A stretch of 47,984 nucleotides of DNA from Eremomyces bilateralis CBS 781.70. Taxonomy: Eukaryota. Shown here piece by piece: positions 24,799 through 36,981 of the stretch. Positions within the stretch are counted from its first letter, which is position 1. Each line of letters opens with the position of its first letter. Made by a program: the position numbers and the translations under genes. The stretch is from the NCBI GenBank assembly GCA_010015585.1, contig ML975166.1; one strand, written 5' to 3'. The notes under the pieces were generated by a model. It saw nothing but the letters and a program-made list of their open reading frames with translations, did not search any database and was not told where the DNA came from.

Positions 24799-26236
24799 TT
24801 AAATGATCACCCTTCTCAGCACCTCAGTCCCACCTAATAACTTCATCGCCGTGACCGCACATCGACCTTTCCCGCTCTCCCATCTTCCCTCCCTGCTCCC
24901 TTCCTCAGCGCCCCATCCCTCTTCCCCACCGCCGCCTTCCATGAACGCCTCTTGCCGCTCATGCGTACCCTCTACCCACTTGTGGACGCAGACATAGCAG
25001 AAGACATACCCCGATGGCGACACCGTAGGGTTTACAATAGCGTTGCCGCAGATCGGGCAATCGGAGTTCGTCTCCTTGGTCGGGGCAGGGACGGTGAGGA
25101 TTGGGAGGAGGGTCGTGGTGGAGATGGGCGGGCTTCTAGATTCGGTCTCCGTTGATCCGGGCAGCGACTTTTCCGGCTCGGGATGGCTTGGATCAGTGGG
25201 TGATAGGGTGACTTTGGGCGGGCTTGGGAGACTCGCAACCACGGGTGGCGGCAGCTCCAAGCCCTCGGATGCCTTTCGGGTGAGTTGTCGCGCAAAGTCG
25301 GACGCGTGCCACCACTCGAGGAACTTGAGCGCGAATATGGATGTCGGTAAGAGGATTCGGAGGGAGGAGAGGATACGTGGGTAGATCGCGCCGGCCATGA
25401 CTCTCGGGTTGAACATGGAGCTATTCTGACCCGGTCTCGCTCCTTTCGGTGGTTGTAATGGGGGGTTCGTCAACAATTCAATCGCCTTGTGATCCGCCTC
25501 CCCTAGCCGCCGTACTCTCGTCCCAATGAGCCATAAGAACGGCGACGAATATTTGGTGCCGTCGAACAGATACGCAAGGTTAAACGCGATGATCGCGAAG
25601 TAGTAGGCCGCGTTGATGCTCGGGTAGACCTTCCGCAGAAACCACTTGTAGTAGAACATGAACCTCTGCCTCACGGTCGCGTTCGGTGGGAGATCATCTC
25701 TCCGATAGTTCGAGCCCAGTAACGAAGAATGGGCTGCATGCACGTCGTACGAGGCATCCAGCTTCCGTTTTATATAAGGCAACCCGACCATGATCGCCAA
25801 GTTCTTCCAGACATCCACCTCCTTCAACTTCAACGCTTCGCGCACATGGCCGGCCGCCCGAACCTGCGCGCGCGGGACCTCTCCGCCTTTGATGCGCAGC
25901 ACGCGCTCGCGTTTCAGGTTGTAGAAGTTCTCCGTGAAGCCGCCGCCGTAGACCTTGAGATAGTGGCGCTCGATGAGGAGCATGAGCAGTGCGTAGAGCT
26001 CGTCGAAGGAGTTGAGGATACGGAGGAGGTAGCGGGGGTGTCGGTGGGTGGCAACGGCGAGGAGGTAGCGGAGGGATGGGGGGAGGAGGGAGGAGAGCTG
26101 TTCTTCGGATATGATCTCTGCGTCGTGGTTAGTCTCGAGAGCGGAATGGTTGCGAAGACGCGGCGTGGAATGGTATACCGAATAGCGACGGCTTCTGGTC
26201 GTCGAAGCCATTCTGGAGGTTGGACATGAACTCCAT
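24799..26236 (-). CDS. PEX12: Peroxin Pex12 (RING-type), 2 exons
   Basis: Exon 1 MEFMSNLQNGFDDQKPSLF, intron 26118-26178, then LLPPSLRYLL, FTENFYNLKRER, IFALKFLEWW and the degenerate RING CPIC..GYVFCYVC..GRCAVT. Confidence 0.95.
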
Positions 26237-26718
26237 CTTGCAGGTGTTGACTCTTTCTGTCTTTCAGCACTATCGGAGCATTGTCTATGGAGATTTTGAA
26301 GGTTGAAGGTAGTCTTGATGGCGTTTATGATGAACAACCCCGTTGCCGAGGCTGAGGTCATGCCAGGGTCCACATCTGATATCAAAGCCGCAAGATGACT
26401 TCAGTTCTTACAACTGCACTCAATACCACCAAATCCCGAAGCATTCGGGTATGGAAAACTATCAAACTATTACCAACGGTATCAACGTACTCCGGGGAGT
26501 GGCAACTTTGCCTGGTATAAAACGGTTGACGCTTTACATATCAACCCAAACAAGGCCGTCGCCGAGATACGGTCAAGTACGGTCAGAACAATACCCTATA
26601 GTTATTGAGTATTTCGATTTACAGTTACATATTGCTAACGTTGCTCACCCATGTGCTGTCCTTGAGAGGGAGAGGAGCTCTATTTTACACTAATCCTATC
26701 AACATTCTAAGTATCCCA

Positions 26719-27810
26719 TCATAGCCCCTCATAAAAGTCCAACAGCTTCTTCGCTGCTGTTCTCCATTGCAAATCATTCTGCATATGATGCCCCGAACCT
26801 TCCACAAGTGCAAACCTCACTCCATTGCTCTCATTATTCCCCCACCGTTTTTTCTTGCGATACACCGCTTCAGTCTCATCAGCCTTTCCCTCTGTCTTCC
26901 CTTCCCTCACCAAGGTTTTGTAATCATCCCGGTACCTCACCGTCAGCTTCTCCTCGATATCCGCCGACGTGATCGCATCCTTCGATGCCGCCATGATCAA
27001 CATCCGCGGTCAGGTGCCCCATCTAGTGATCCGCGTGAGGACGTTCGCCGTCTTCAGGAACGGCAAGGCCATACCCCAGGGCCAGAGCATGCTTTCGGAC
27101 GCCGGCATCTGCGCCTCGAACTCGGCGACCCGCTCCATGGGAAAGTCGTCGCAGGAGAACGCACGCTTGACGAGGCGGGTGGAGGAGAGCAGCGACATGG
27201 GGTGGCCGAGGTGGAACAGCATGCGGACGTACATCCACGGGTCGATCCAGAACCAGTTGTAGTAGGCCGGGCCGCTAGGAAGAGTTTGCATCGCTGATGC
27301 GTATAGTCGGATCAAGATAACCTCACCTCCCCGTCCCCGGAACCGCGCCCAGCAGCGCCAATCCCCTTACCCTTACATCCCCATCCGCCAGCAAAAACCG
27401 ACTCAACCCACCCACCGACGAATGCCCCACCAACGCCACCTCCGTATCCACCCCATTTACCTCCCCTTCCCTCTTCTCCGCCTCCCTTATCCCTGCCAAA
27501 AATCATCCGCGATCGCCCGCTTACTTGTGAAATATAGTCGTAGATACCCCGGGTCCCACGACTGCCCGCGCCCGCGCGCGGAGACCGCGTAGCATGGGAT
27601 GTTGCGGTTTTGGGAGAAGAATTCGAGGAAGGCAAGCCAGACGAGAGCGGAGCCGCAGCCGCCGTGGCAGAAGAAGAGGGGGGTGGGGGTGCGGGGGCCA
27701 GCGTAGAGGAGCTCGAGGGGGCCGGCGGGGCCGGGGATGTAGGAGCGGGTGATGGTGTCGGGGAGGGGGATCGGGGGGTTGTTTTGTTTGAAGAATGAGA
27801 TACCGGGCAT
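26719..27810 (-). pseudogene. Alpha/beta-hydrolase pseudogene
   Basis: FFCHGGCGSA, nucleophile elbow VALVGHSSVGG and C-terminal GSGHHMQND. One-base frameshift at 27498-27502, intron 27275-27326, in-frame TGA at 27010-27012. Confidence 0.85.
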
Positions 27811-28328
27811 GATGGACTGATTGACACTCGGATAGGACTAGTAGAACGCAAGGAGACTTGAGCGAGGGAGACAGTTTGGGAGACTTGGAATACGTTCAGG
27901 TTTCTGTTACTTAACTTGGGTTCGAATTACGGTATTAACGTTGGAAATAAGTTATCTTAACTGAATAGCCAGGGAGTCATCCATATTTAAGATGAATGGC
28001 ACTTCGCAGTCACTGTTGTTGCTCATATTTACCCCGGAGTTCAGCTGGTGTCACCGAGCGCCACATGGCGAGTCTATCTTGGCGTTCGTGAGATTCATTC
28101 TCTGCAGTGTTGCGTCATTCCGATCAGGTTACCAAGTTCGAAAGACGGGTGCCAGGAGGCAAGAGTGCATAGGGAAGAAAAATCGGATGCCGCCAATTGA
28201 GGCGCGAGTGATTGACATTGATAACGCCTCCAGGGCTGGAATAACCCGGTTGCTTCCGCATGCGATATTAGTTGGTGAGTCCTATTTTTGGTCCACCGCT
28301 TCCTTCAGTATTTCAGCACTTCGGCACT

Positions 28329-29986
28329 TCAGCCACCCTCAATGTTCATCTCATCGAAATCATCGAGCAATTGCTCCATTCGGATGCGCGGTCCGTCCTC
28401 CGACTCATCGTCGTCTTCCTCCTCGACGTCCGACATGACGTCGGCGTCGCGGTTCGCCTCCTTCTGCGCTTTGTACAATGCGATCGTGGCCTGCAGCTCC
28501 TCATCTTCCTCGACATCACGCATGAACAGCTCGTAATCGCGATCGGTGCGGTCCTTATCCTGCTTCCTCGGCGCCAGCTCGTCTTCTTCCTGCGCCATCC
28601 GCTTGAGCCGCCAGTTCCGCTTCTTGGACTTCGGCTTGCGGGGATAGTGTTTCTTGACGAGGATGACGTCGGGGATGGTGGAGCCCCATCGATGGTTCTG
28701 CTCGATGGCGTCGAAGTTCTCGTTATTGAAGTTGCCGCCGGTCAGATTGTAGCCGAGCACGGCGTCGCCGGGATGGAGGATCCCACCGAGGTGGGTTCGC
28801 ACCAGGTACGTGGTGTCGTTGACGCCGAAATCCGACGCGCGAGCGATAGTAGCCTCGGCGAGGAAGAAGCGGCCTTTCGAGACGCCGAGCGGTTCGATGT
28901 CGAGGACGACGAATTCCACGAGCTGCTGGACGTCCGCCATGCTGCGGAACGGGCTGTGCCAGTATTCCTTGCCGGAGATTTCAGCCGTCTGCAGCGTGTT
29001 CGGGTCGAGGAGGTTGATGGCCGTGCCGACCCGGGAGCAGAGCGCAAGCGGAGACATTTGCCCGATCTGGTTGGCCAGCTTGATCGGCAGCGCGACCAGA
29101 TCGTCCTTGCATATCGGTATGATCTCCACGGAGAAGGAGAACTTGTAGGACTTGGTCGACGTGTGGACGTTGGTGGAAATCAGCGTGCTGGATTTCTTCA
29201 TTTGGATCGGTGTCACGGATGCCAGGAAATCCGTGAATTTGTCCGCGTGACTCCGTTGCCCGAAGTAGAAATCGATCCCGTCGACCACTTCTTTGATGTT
29301 GGTGGTGTCCTTATGCGCGCCATGCTTCAGGATCAGTTGTTCGAGATATAAGAAGGTCCGCTTGTGCGGCACTTTCTGCCGGAGCTGCACCACGGCTCGC
29401 CAGGTGTTATGCGTGTATGACTTCTGACAGTCCGGGCACTGCTGTGACGCCGTGATGTACTCGACGTCAAAGGTTTGCTGGACGATGGCACCGCTGGTCC
29501 CGCCATTGCCCATATTGACATCTGAATTCGGCGTGTCGCCATATCCCACCAACTGCGATGCGGTCTGCTGCACGGTGATCTTCACCTTCAACCGCCGCGA
29601 ATGCGGCTCCGTCCATATGAACTTCGCGTCCGTCATCCGCACCCGGTTCAGTCCTAGCAGCCGCCGTAAACATACTGCGAGGAGTTGCGGCGATTCAGGC
29701 GGAGCGACCAGCCATTGGTTGGGTGGCGATAACCAGCGATCGCAGTCTTTGCAGAAGTGGAGGGTGGTTTCGCGTTGGATGCCTTCGGTGATGTCGACGG
29801 AGAGTTTAAAGCAGTCGTCGCAGAGGGCGCCCGCAGCGCTGGTTCCATCGATGGGAGCACCGCATTTGTAGCAGAGGATTCTTCAAGATGTTAGCGTGGG
29901 TCGTACTTTGGAGAGGAACGGATAACTTACGTTGCGGCGCTCCGAGGGATCTGTTGGATCGGAACGATGTCGCTGTCTATCTCCAT
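28329..29986 (-). CDS. NMD3: 60S ribosomal export adaptor Nmd3, 2 exons
   Basis: ILCYKCGAPI, FCKDCDRW, FIWTEPHSRRLKVK, QCPDC, QLRQKVPHKRTFLYLEQLILKH; acidic tail with NES-like LLDDFDEMNI. Intron 29881-29930. Confidence 0.97.
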
Positions 29987-30554
29987 ATTGAATGAAGCGC
30001 CCGTGGCGGAATGTGTCGGTGATGTGATTGTAGTGTATTTGGGAAGAGGGATCCTCTCGCGCGGAGATATATGTTCCCACTTCCCAGATGTTGCTGAGAA
30101 ATAACTTTTGCAGCAGGGGAATTTCGCCACCAGACTCTTGAATTTGGTCGCCAATGTTGAGTCAGAGCATTGGAATTGGCATCCGTACTATGACGACAAC
30201 TTCGGAATGGGATTTAGAGGCGACGATTTATGTAGGAGTAGTTTAAACAATGGTCGCTTAGCATAACTCTATTAATCTTCTCTACGCCGAGATTTCCATC
30301 GGATTGATCGGCTGAAATCCCACTTTGATGCCTGACAATCGAGACGGAGGGACCATATATCGCAAGGCTACTAGGCAGCAATGTACCCACCGACGTCGGG
30401 GCTCGGGCTTGGTGATGTTAATAATAAATAATAATACGGAATACTGATGAGTGTAACTGCCAGTCTCAGAAGCTCAGGACTGCATCAGTAAACAATCCCG
30501 TATTGCCTTTATCCTCCACCTGGGCCTCATCGCCCCTCAATTCCTTCTCCCACC

Positions 30555-33293
30555 ATGCCCTATGTTGGTGCCTTCCTCCATCCTTCTCTACACGCCCTCC
30601 AAATCTACGGCGCCAACACCAATGTGGGGAAAACCATAGCTTCCACGGTCCTGTGCCGAGCACTTCGGTCCCGGCGAAAGGGCGCGGCGGTGCGATATGT
30701 GAAGCCGGTGTCCACGGGACCAGACTGGGAAGCGGATGATGGGTGAGTAGGGCATCTCGTGAGGGTCAATTGGTGGATTTGCACGGGATATTGCTAGGTC
30801 CGGACCGACGTTCATGCCAGGAGGGGTGGATTGGATGTAGAGAGGATCTAGGAGGGCACAGGCTGACGAGACGGCGGGCATACGTAGGCACATAACGCGA
30901 CACGCGAAAGGCGTGGAGTCGACATGTCTCTTCCAATTCGATGAGCCCGTGAGCCCCCATTTGGCAGCGCGAGCAGCCGGGCGACCGCTTCCCGACGCCA
31001 CCATCGTCCAATCCCTCCACGCCTGCCTTCACTCCCATGCCTCCCGTTCGCTATCTCAACTCTCCCACACACTAGTCGAGACCGCCGGCGCGACGCTCAG
31101 CCCCGCCCCCTCCGGCAGCCTGCAAGCGGACCTCTACCGCCCGCTCCGGCTCCCGGTGCTCCTCGTCGGGGATCCGAAGCTGGGGGGCATCGGCGCGACC
31201 ATCAGCGCGTACGAGTCGTTGCGGATCCGGGGGTACGATGTCGATGGGGTGGTGGTGTTCCGCGAGGGCGACGCGCATGCGGACCGGCGGTACGGGAACT
31301 ATGAGTACTTGCGGGAGTGGTTCTGGAAGGAGGGCAGGAGGGTTCCGGTGTGGGGATGGGAGATGCCGCCGGAAAGACACGTGGATGAGAAGCAAGATGA
31401 GAAAAACTTGAGCGGGTACTATGGCGGAATGGAGAACGTGGAGGAAGTGCGCAATGTGATGGGGAGAATGGAAGAACGACATGATGAGCGGATCAAGGAG
31501 GTTCAAAGTCTCCCCCAGAGAGCACATGAACGTGTCTGGTACCCATTCACGCAACATCAAGGACGGACCGAGAAAGACATCATGGCCATCGATTCGGCCC
31601 ACGGGGATTTCTTCCAGACGCTCTCCCCTCCATCAACATCGCATTCTGCTCCGGAATCTAACAAAGCATCGGAATCATCCGCACCACCATCCCTTCTATC
31701 TCCCCTTTTCGACGCCTCCGCCTCCTGGTGGACTCAAGGCCTTGGCCACTCGAACCCCTCCCTTGCCATGGCCGCTGCCCACGCCGCGACGCGCTATGGT
31801 CACGTCATGTTCGCCTCCGGCGCGCACGAGCCGGCGGTCGGGCTGATCGAGGATGTGATTCAGACGCTAGGGAACGAGCGATTGACGCGCGGGTTCTACA
31901 GCGACGACGGGAGCACGGCGATGGAGGTAGCTCTGAAAATGGGCCTGAGTGCATGGGAAAGACGGACGGGGATCGCGAGAGGGACAGATAAAGAGGGGGA
32001 GGAGACGCTGATTTTGGGGTTGACGGGGAGCTATCATGGGGATACGATCGGGGTGATGGATTGCTCGGAGCCGGGGGTGTATAACGAGAAGGTGAGCTGG
32101 TATCGGGGGAGGGGCTTCTGGTTCGACTATCCGACGGTGGGGATGAAGGATGGGAAGTGGAGAGTCGAGGTGCCGGATAGCTTGAAGGCGGAGTTGGGGG
32201 AAGGGATGGTGGCTGATGAGCTTGCGGGTGTGTTTGATCTGGAAGCGCGGCAGGATGACCGAAAGCGATACGAAGCATTCATCCTGGAGACGCTGAAAAC
32301 GGAAATTCAAGAGAAGGGAAAGAGGTTCGGAGCCCTGATAATGGAGCCGGTGATACTCGGCGCAGGAGGCATGTTTTTCGCGTAAGTCTTCTCGGCATCT
32401 CTGGACATTCGACACATTCGACGACTAACACTGCACAGCGACCCTCTCTTCCAGGCAACCCTAGTCCACACCATCCGCTCCAACCCCTCTCTCTTCTCCG
32501 ACCACACCAACCCCTCCGACCCGCGCGACTGGCGCGGCCTCCCCATCATCTTCGACGAGGTCTTCACCGGAATCTACCGCCTCGGCCGCCCCTCCGCCGC
32601 CTCATTTCTCGGCGTCACCCCCGACATCTCCGCCCACGCCAAGCTGCTCACCGGCGGCCTGCTGCCGCTCAGCCTGACCATGGCTAGCGAGAGCATCTTC
32701 AACGCGTTCCTGAGCGCGGAGAAGAGCGAGGCGCTGTTGCATGGGCATAGCTATACGGCGCATCCGATGGGGTGTGAGGTTGGGAGGGAGAGTTTGAGGA
32801 AGCTGGGAGAGTTGGAGAGGGAGGGAGAGGATTGGGGTGCGTGGAAGCGGGATTGGGCGGCGGATAGAGAGGTCGGTCAAGGGGAAGACAGTCGCAGCGG
32901 ACAAGGGCTCGCTTCTACTTCTACGGACGTATGGAGCTGCTGGTCCAAGCAGTTTGTGGGCCGCCTGAGCGGTCGAGACGACGTGGAGCGCGTATGGGCG
33001 CTGGGGAGCGTGCTAGCGGTGACGTTGGTGGATCGCGCTGGATCGGGTACGTTGGCTTGCGTCGAGTCGTCTTCACTGCTTTGCATATTGCACTTACTGA
33101 CTATAACCGTGTTATAGGATATACATCTACAGCCACCGCTGGACTCCAGCGCAAGCTCATGGCCGAAGCGGCAACGTATGGATGGGGGGTTCACTCGCGC
33201 GTGCTGGGCAATGTGATCTATTTCATGGCGAGCCAGACAAGCACGAGCGAGGTGCTGGCGGGGGTAGAGACGATGATATGGAGGAGTCTGTGA
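30555..33293 (+). CDS. bioDA: Bifunctional dethiobiotin synthetase / DAPA aminotransferase, 4 exons
   Basis: GANTNVGKT P-loop, YVKPVSTGP, WYPFTQH, DASASWWTQGLGH, SDDGSTAMEVALKM, SYHGDTIG, DEVFTG, AKLLTGG, HGHSYTAHP. Introns 30743-30887, 32382-32438, 33047-33117. Confidence 0.95.
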
Positions 33294-33504
33294 ACTAACG
33301 CAGGACCATTCTGATAGGTGCGGTTGGCTTGTACCCTCTGTGGATAGCGATTATCATCCTTGCGGCAATTGCATCCTGCAACTGGTCACGTTGCAGAGAG
33401 AACTGCATCGACCTGCTTCTTTGGGATTGATACCTTATGTAGATATGGACAGACGAGAGACGATGCCAGCAACGGGATTTACTAACTACCCAACCGCCTG
33501 TGTG

Positions 33505-33569
33505 GCCCGGATGCCCAGATGCCCGGATGCCCAGATGCCCGGATGCCCAGATGCCCAGATGCCCAGATG
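33505..33569. repeat. 8-bp tandem repeat (GCCC[A/G]GAT), ~8 copies
   Basis: Read directly; G and A variants alternate over the first copies. Confidence 0.95.
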
Positions 33570-35124
33570 GCTGATATCCCGATGGCGGATGTCCAGATTC
33601 ATTATCGAAATACGGTTAAGATGAAACCAGCGGGGCAAACCGGCATTTTAAGTGTGCCATACGATAACCCGCATGAATTCCCGGCTGACGGCGATGGATT
33701 TCGTACTGGCACTCTGGCAGATTAAATACCTGCCGATCGATCTTCTCGAAAGAGCGGGGTGGCGTCGGGGATAAGAATCATCACAGACACCCGTCGTCAA
33801 GTCTTCATATGTACCTCGACTCTTCCCTGTGGCCCTTTGTTTTCTGCGGTTGATTAATCCCGAATACCGTATCCCGGGTTGTACGTAGAAAGGTTGGTGA
33901 CGTGTAATCCAGTCGTAGTATTATTTTATATTTAATAGTGTAAGAGATCAACCGCGCGTTGGCGCACCCGATCGCCCCGCGCCTCCACCTTTTCTCTCCA
34001 TCCACAGCATCACGATCGCCCGTGCAACCGTTGCCTCTTCGGCCTTCGCCACCAGCTTCCAGAACGCCAGAAACACCAGAATTCAGCACAGGGCCACAGG
34101 CAGTTTCTGGTCGTAAGTGTGGGGGAACACGAGGACGCTGGAATAGGGTCATCACTCATCAGGGGCCCGTGGACTGACCCTGCATCTCTGCCCTCTGGCC
34201 GGTCCATCCCTTGCCACATACTGCATACACCTTCTGGTTTACTGGTACTGCCCCATTGCCCATTTATCTGCCCATTTATCTGCCCGCCGCAATTTCAATC
34301 CCGGCGGTTTCAGAACCTCGTGTGTCAACACATAACGGGAGCATCGACGTGGAGACAGAACGCTCGCATCGAATACTAAGTGGCACGATGGTCTTGTGCA
34401 GCTTCAATCCTTTACATTTCACGAAGGCGCTGTGCATTCCGACTTTCTGAGACGGGAGGAAGGGTATTATTACTCCGTAAAATACCGCTGTTCGACTGTC
34501 GTCACTCCCGTCGATCAATTATCAAAGCCAAGAGGGACCTAATCCAACCTCCAGGGCACCTTAACAGTTGATCAGTCCCGTTCCCTCAAGTCGTCCTTCC
34601 TACTCTCTTCGAGTCTCAATTGACGTCTTTGTCTCAATTTCTGTCCGATCTTCTACCTAAGTCGAATCCTGGTTACGGATCCGGTTCCGTCGGTACCTGT
34701 ACCGCGTACCTACTGGTTCGCATCATCTGGTGGTTGCACATACCACGGAAACAGTCGGGCCTTCCCGAGTTCCCGTTGAGCCTCAACTTCCAGTCGCAAA
34801 CACGGTTCGAAGAGCCAGGCGCCATTGAATTGGCCGTTGATCAATGAGGCCAAGGCGCATGAGGAGGGATCATGCTGCACTTTGCGACGTCAAGACAATG
34901 TTGACCGGTCTGCAAGTATACTGCTACATTCTTTGATAACACCCAATTGTTCGGTCATCATGGTTCATGGGTAGAATATCTGGACATCTTCACATGTATA
35001 CATGAGCGTTGCATCCTCTTCCGGTCCTTGATCCGTTGCTTTATGTGTTTTCCTTGAACAGTTTCCCTAGATACCATTCTTCCTCTACCATCCGGATATA
35101 CCTCCCTGGACCATCACGACCTCG

Positions 35125-36981
35125 ATGCCCCGACTGCAACCGGGCGATCGCCCCGCTCACCCGCCGGAGAAACACTGGCTCTTCCGCGGCGCCCAATCCG
35201 CCTTGTTCTGGTTCATCTCCTGTGGGCCGTGTCATGTCGCTGCGCATCAATCCCGTCGCAAGAAACAGGCGCGCCGAGCGCGCTGTGAGCGGCAGCAGGA
35301 GCAGAGTTCCAACCCCGACCGATATCACCATCCGTCTCCCTTCGACATCAACCCATACTGGAACGAGGAGATGGAGATGGGCCCGGGGCCGCCGCAGAGA
35401 CGAGTCAAGAAGCGGGCGACCAACATGTCTGCCACGACGGATCGAAGCATGAGCATCGGGATGCGGACGATGACGACGAGTACGACGGGGTCGAGAACGG
35501 AGATGATGGAGGTGGTGAGACCAGAGAGCGTGCATCTCGGGCGGCCCGGCTGGAATTTGCGACGCTATCAACGAGCGGACGAGGAGCTGTTCTTGACCGA
35601 TGCGACGGATACCGATGGTGAACAGTGCGGGGCGCTCGATGGACCCGACGACACATCCGAGAACGCATCTCGACTCGGCCCTGTCCGACAAGGCAACGCC
35701 ATGGGGAGTTCGGTCGGCATGGGCGGCGTCCCTCCCCACTCGACCTGCGAGTTGGCTCATCCGCATCTCCATCGCGTGGTGTCGCGGCCCACGCCCACGA
35801 GCTCCTTCTACACCACCAGCACGCCGACGGTGCCTGAGCTGCTCCAACCCGTCGTGACCCCGCGTCTGGCGGAGTACGCGAACAAGTCCGACACCGCGCT
35901 ACGATGGCTGAAAGAGCCGCCTCCGAGTGCCGCGTTCATGGAAGGCAAAGAGCCGAGGAATCGGAGTCGAAGTAGAAGCGGTAGTGAGGCGAGTAGGCGA
36001 CGTGGTCGGACCGAAAATGGAAGGGTATACGCTAGCGAAGGTGGACGAGCGAGCAGTTTTTCGTTTGCGAACGCGAGTACTAGCACTCTCACCAAAGATC
36101 TCGCCGCAAGGATTTTATACGAGAAGGCCCAACGATCGAGCACGGCAACGGGAACCGCGACGACCACGTCCCGGGGATCCCGGATCTCGCTCGATCAGGG
36201 GCTGCATGCGCAGTTCCAATCCATCACGAAGACACGCTCCGCCACGACGATCAGCACCAATTCCACCGCGACTCCATCACCGACACCTTCAAAAATGTTC
36301 GGTACGGCGCAACGGGCCAAATGGAAACCCGCGCCACGCACGGTGTCCGGGTCCTCGGCCACCACCTCATCATCCACCGACTCGCTCTCCTCCCTCGACA
36401 ACCTCTTCGACGCGCCCCTCACCAGCGCTTCCATCAAGCGCCGAAAATCCCGAACCGGCGTCACCGCCGCGGTCACGCATCACGAGCATCCCGACCGTCC
36501 CTTCCACGCTCCACCCGGCGGATTCGCCTTCGCCTCCCCCCACCATCCTCTCCGCCCGTCCACCTCCCGCAAGCAGCTCAGCACGATCATGAGCAGCGGC
36601 GAGACCTCCCCTGCGAACAACGGTACGCCGTCATCGCAATACCCGCATCGAAACTCGTCCGCAAACGATCCAGCCATGATGAAATCGGGCGGGGGGAACG
36701 GCCAATCGCGGCGACCACGGCAGGACAGCGCCTACGCCCGCGCTATGTGCAAGGGAAAGTCGAACGCAAACGCGAACCGACCACCGACACTGGCGCGGAG
36801 CGTGACCGGGTATGACGGCGCCAACGACCAATCGCTCCGGGAATGGGACGCGGTGATGGCGCTGGACGGCGCCGCTGACGCGGACGAGGAGCCCGATTCC
36901 ACGACGGAGCGGGGCGGGCGCGCGATCGGGATGGAGCGGACGACGGTGGATGGGCGGTGGCGGTGGAGTACGGGGTTTTGA
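35125..36981 (+). CDS. Conserved fungal hypothetical protein (618 aa), mostly low-complexity Ser/Thr/Arg-rich
   Basis: Long open frame with blocks I recognise from uncharacterised Pezizomycotina proteins: FRGAQSALFWFISCGPC, YHHPSPFDINPYWNEEMEMGPGPP, WNLRRYQRADEEL, WLKEPPPSAAFMEGK. Confidence 0.8.
   Translation: MPRLQPGDRPAHPPEKHWLFRGAQSALFWFISCGPCHVAAHQSRRKKQARRARCERQQEQSSNPDRYHHPSPFDINPYWNEEMEMGPGPPQRRVKKRATNMSATTDRSMSIGMRTMTTSTTGSRTEMMEVVRPESVHLGRPGWNLRRYQRADEELFLTDATDTDGEQCGALDGPDDTSENASRLGPVRQGNAMGSSVGMGGVPPHSTCELAHPHLHRVVSRPTPTSSFYTTSTPTVPELLQPVVTPRLAEYANKSDTALRWLKEPPPSAAFMEGKEPRNRSRSRSGSEASRRRGRTENGRVYASEGGRASSFSFANASTSTLTKDLAARILYEKAQRSSTATGTATTTSRGSRISLDQGLHAQFQSITKTRSATTISTNSTATPSPTPSKMFGTAQRAKWKPAPRTVSGSSATTSSSTDSLSSLDNLFDAPLTSASIKRRKSRTGVTAAVTHHEHPDRPFHAPPGGFAFASPHHPLRPSTSRKQLSTIMSSGETSPANNGTPSSQYPHRNSSANDPAMMKSGGGNGQSRRPRQDSAYARAMCKGKSNANANRPPTLARSVTGYDGANDQSLREWDAVMALDGAADADEEPDSTTERGGRAIGMERTTVDGRWRWSTGF

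Noticed and set aside
26237..26385. N-terminal extension of the 528-aa PEX12 ORF
   Set aside because: The true exon 1 (MEFMSNLQ...) is in another frame and joins via intron 26118-26178.
28272..29351. 359-aa plus-strand ORF
   Set aside because: Antisense shadow of NMD3, explained by GC3-rich codons; no protein-like motifs.
33505..33569. Repeat as a CRISPR array or coding repeat
   Set aside because: No spacers, eukaryotic context, and the 8-bp unit is not a multiple of three.
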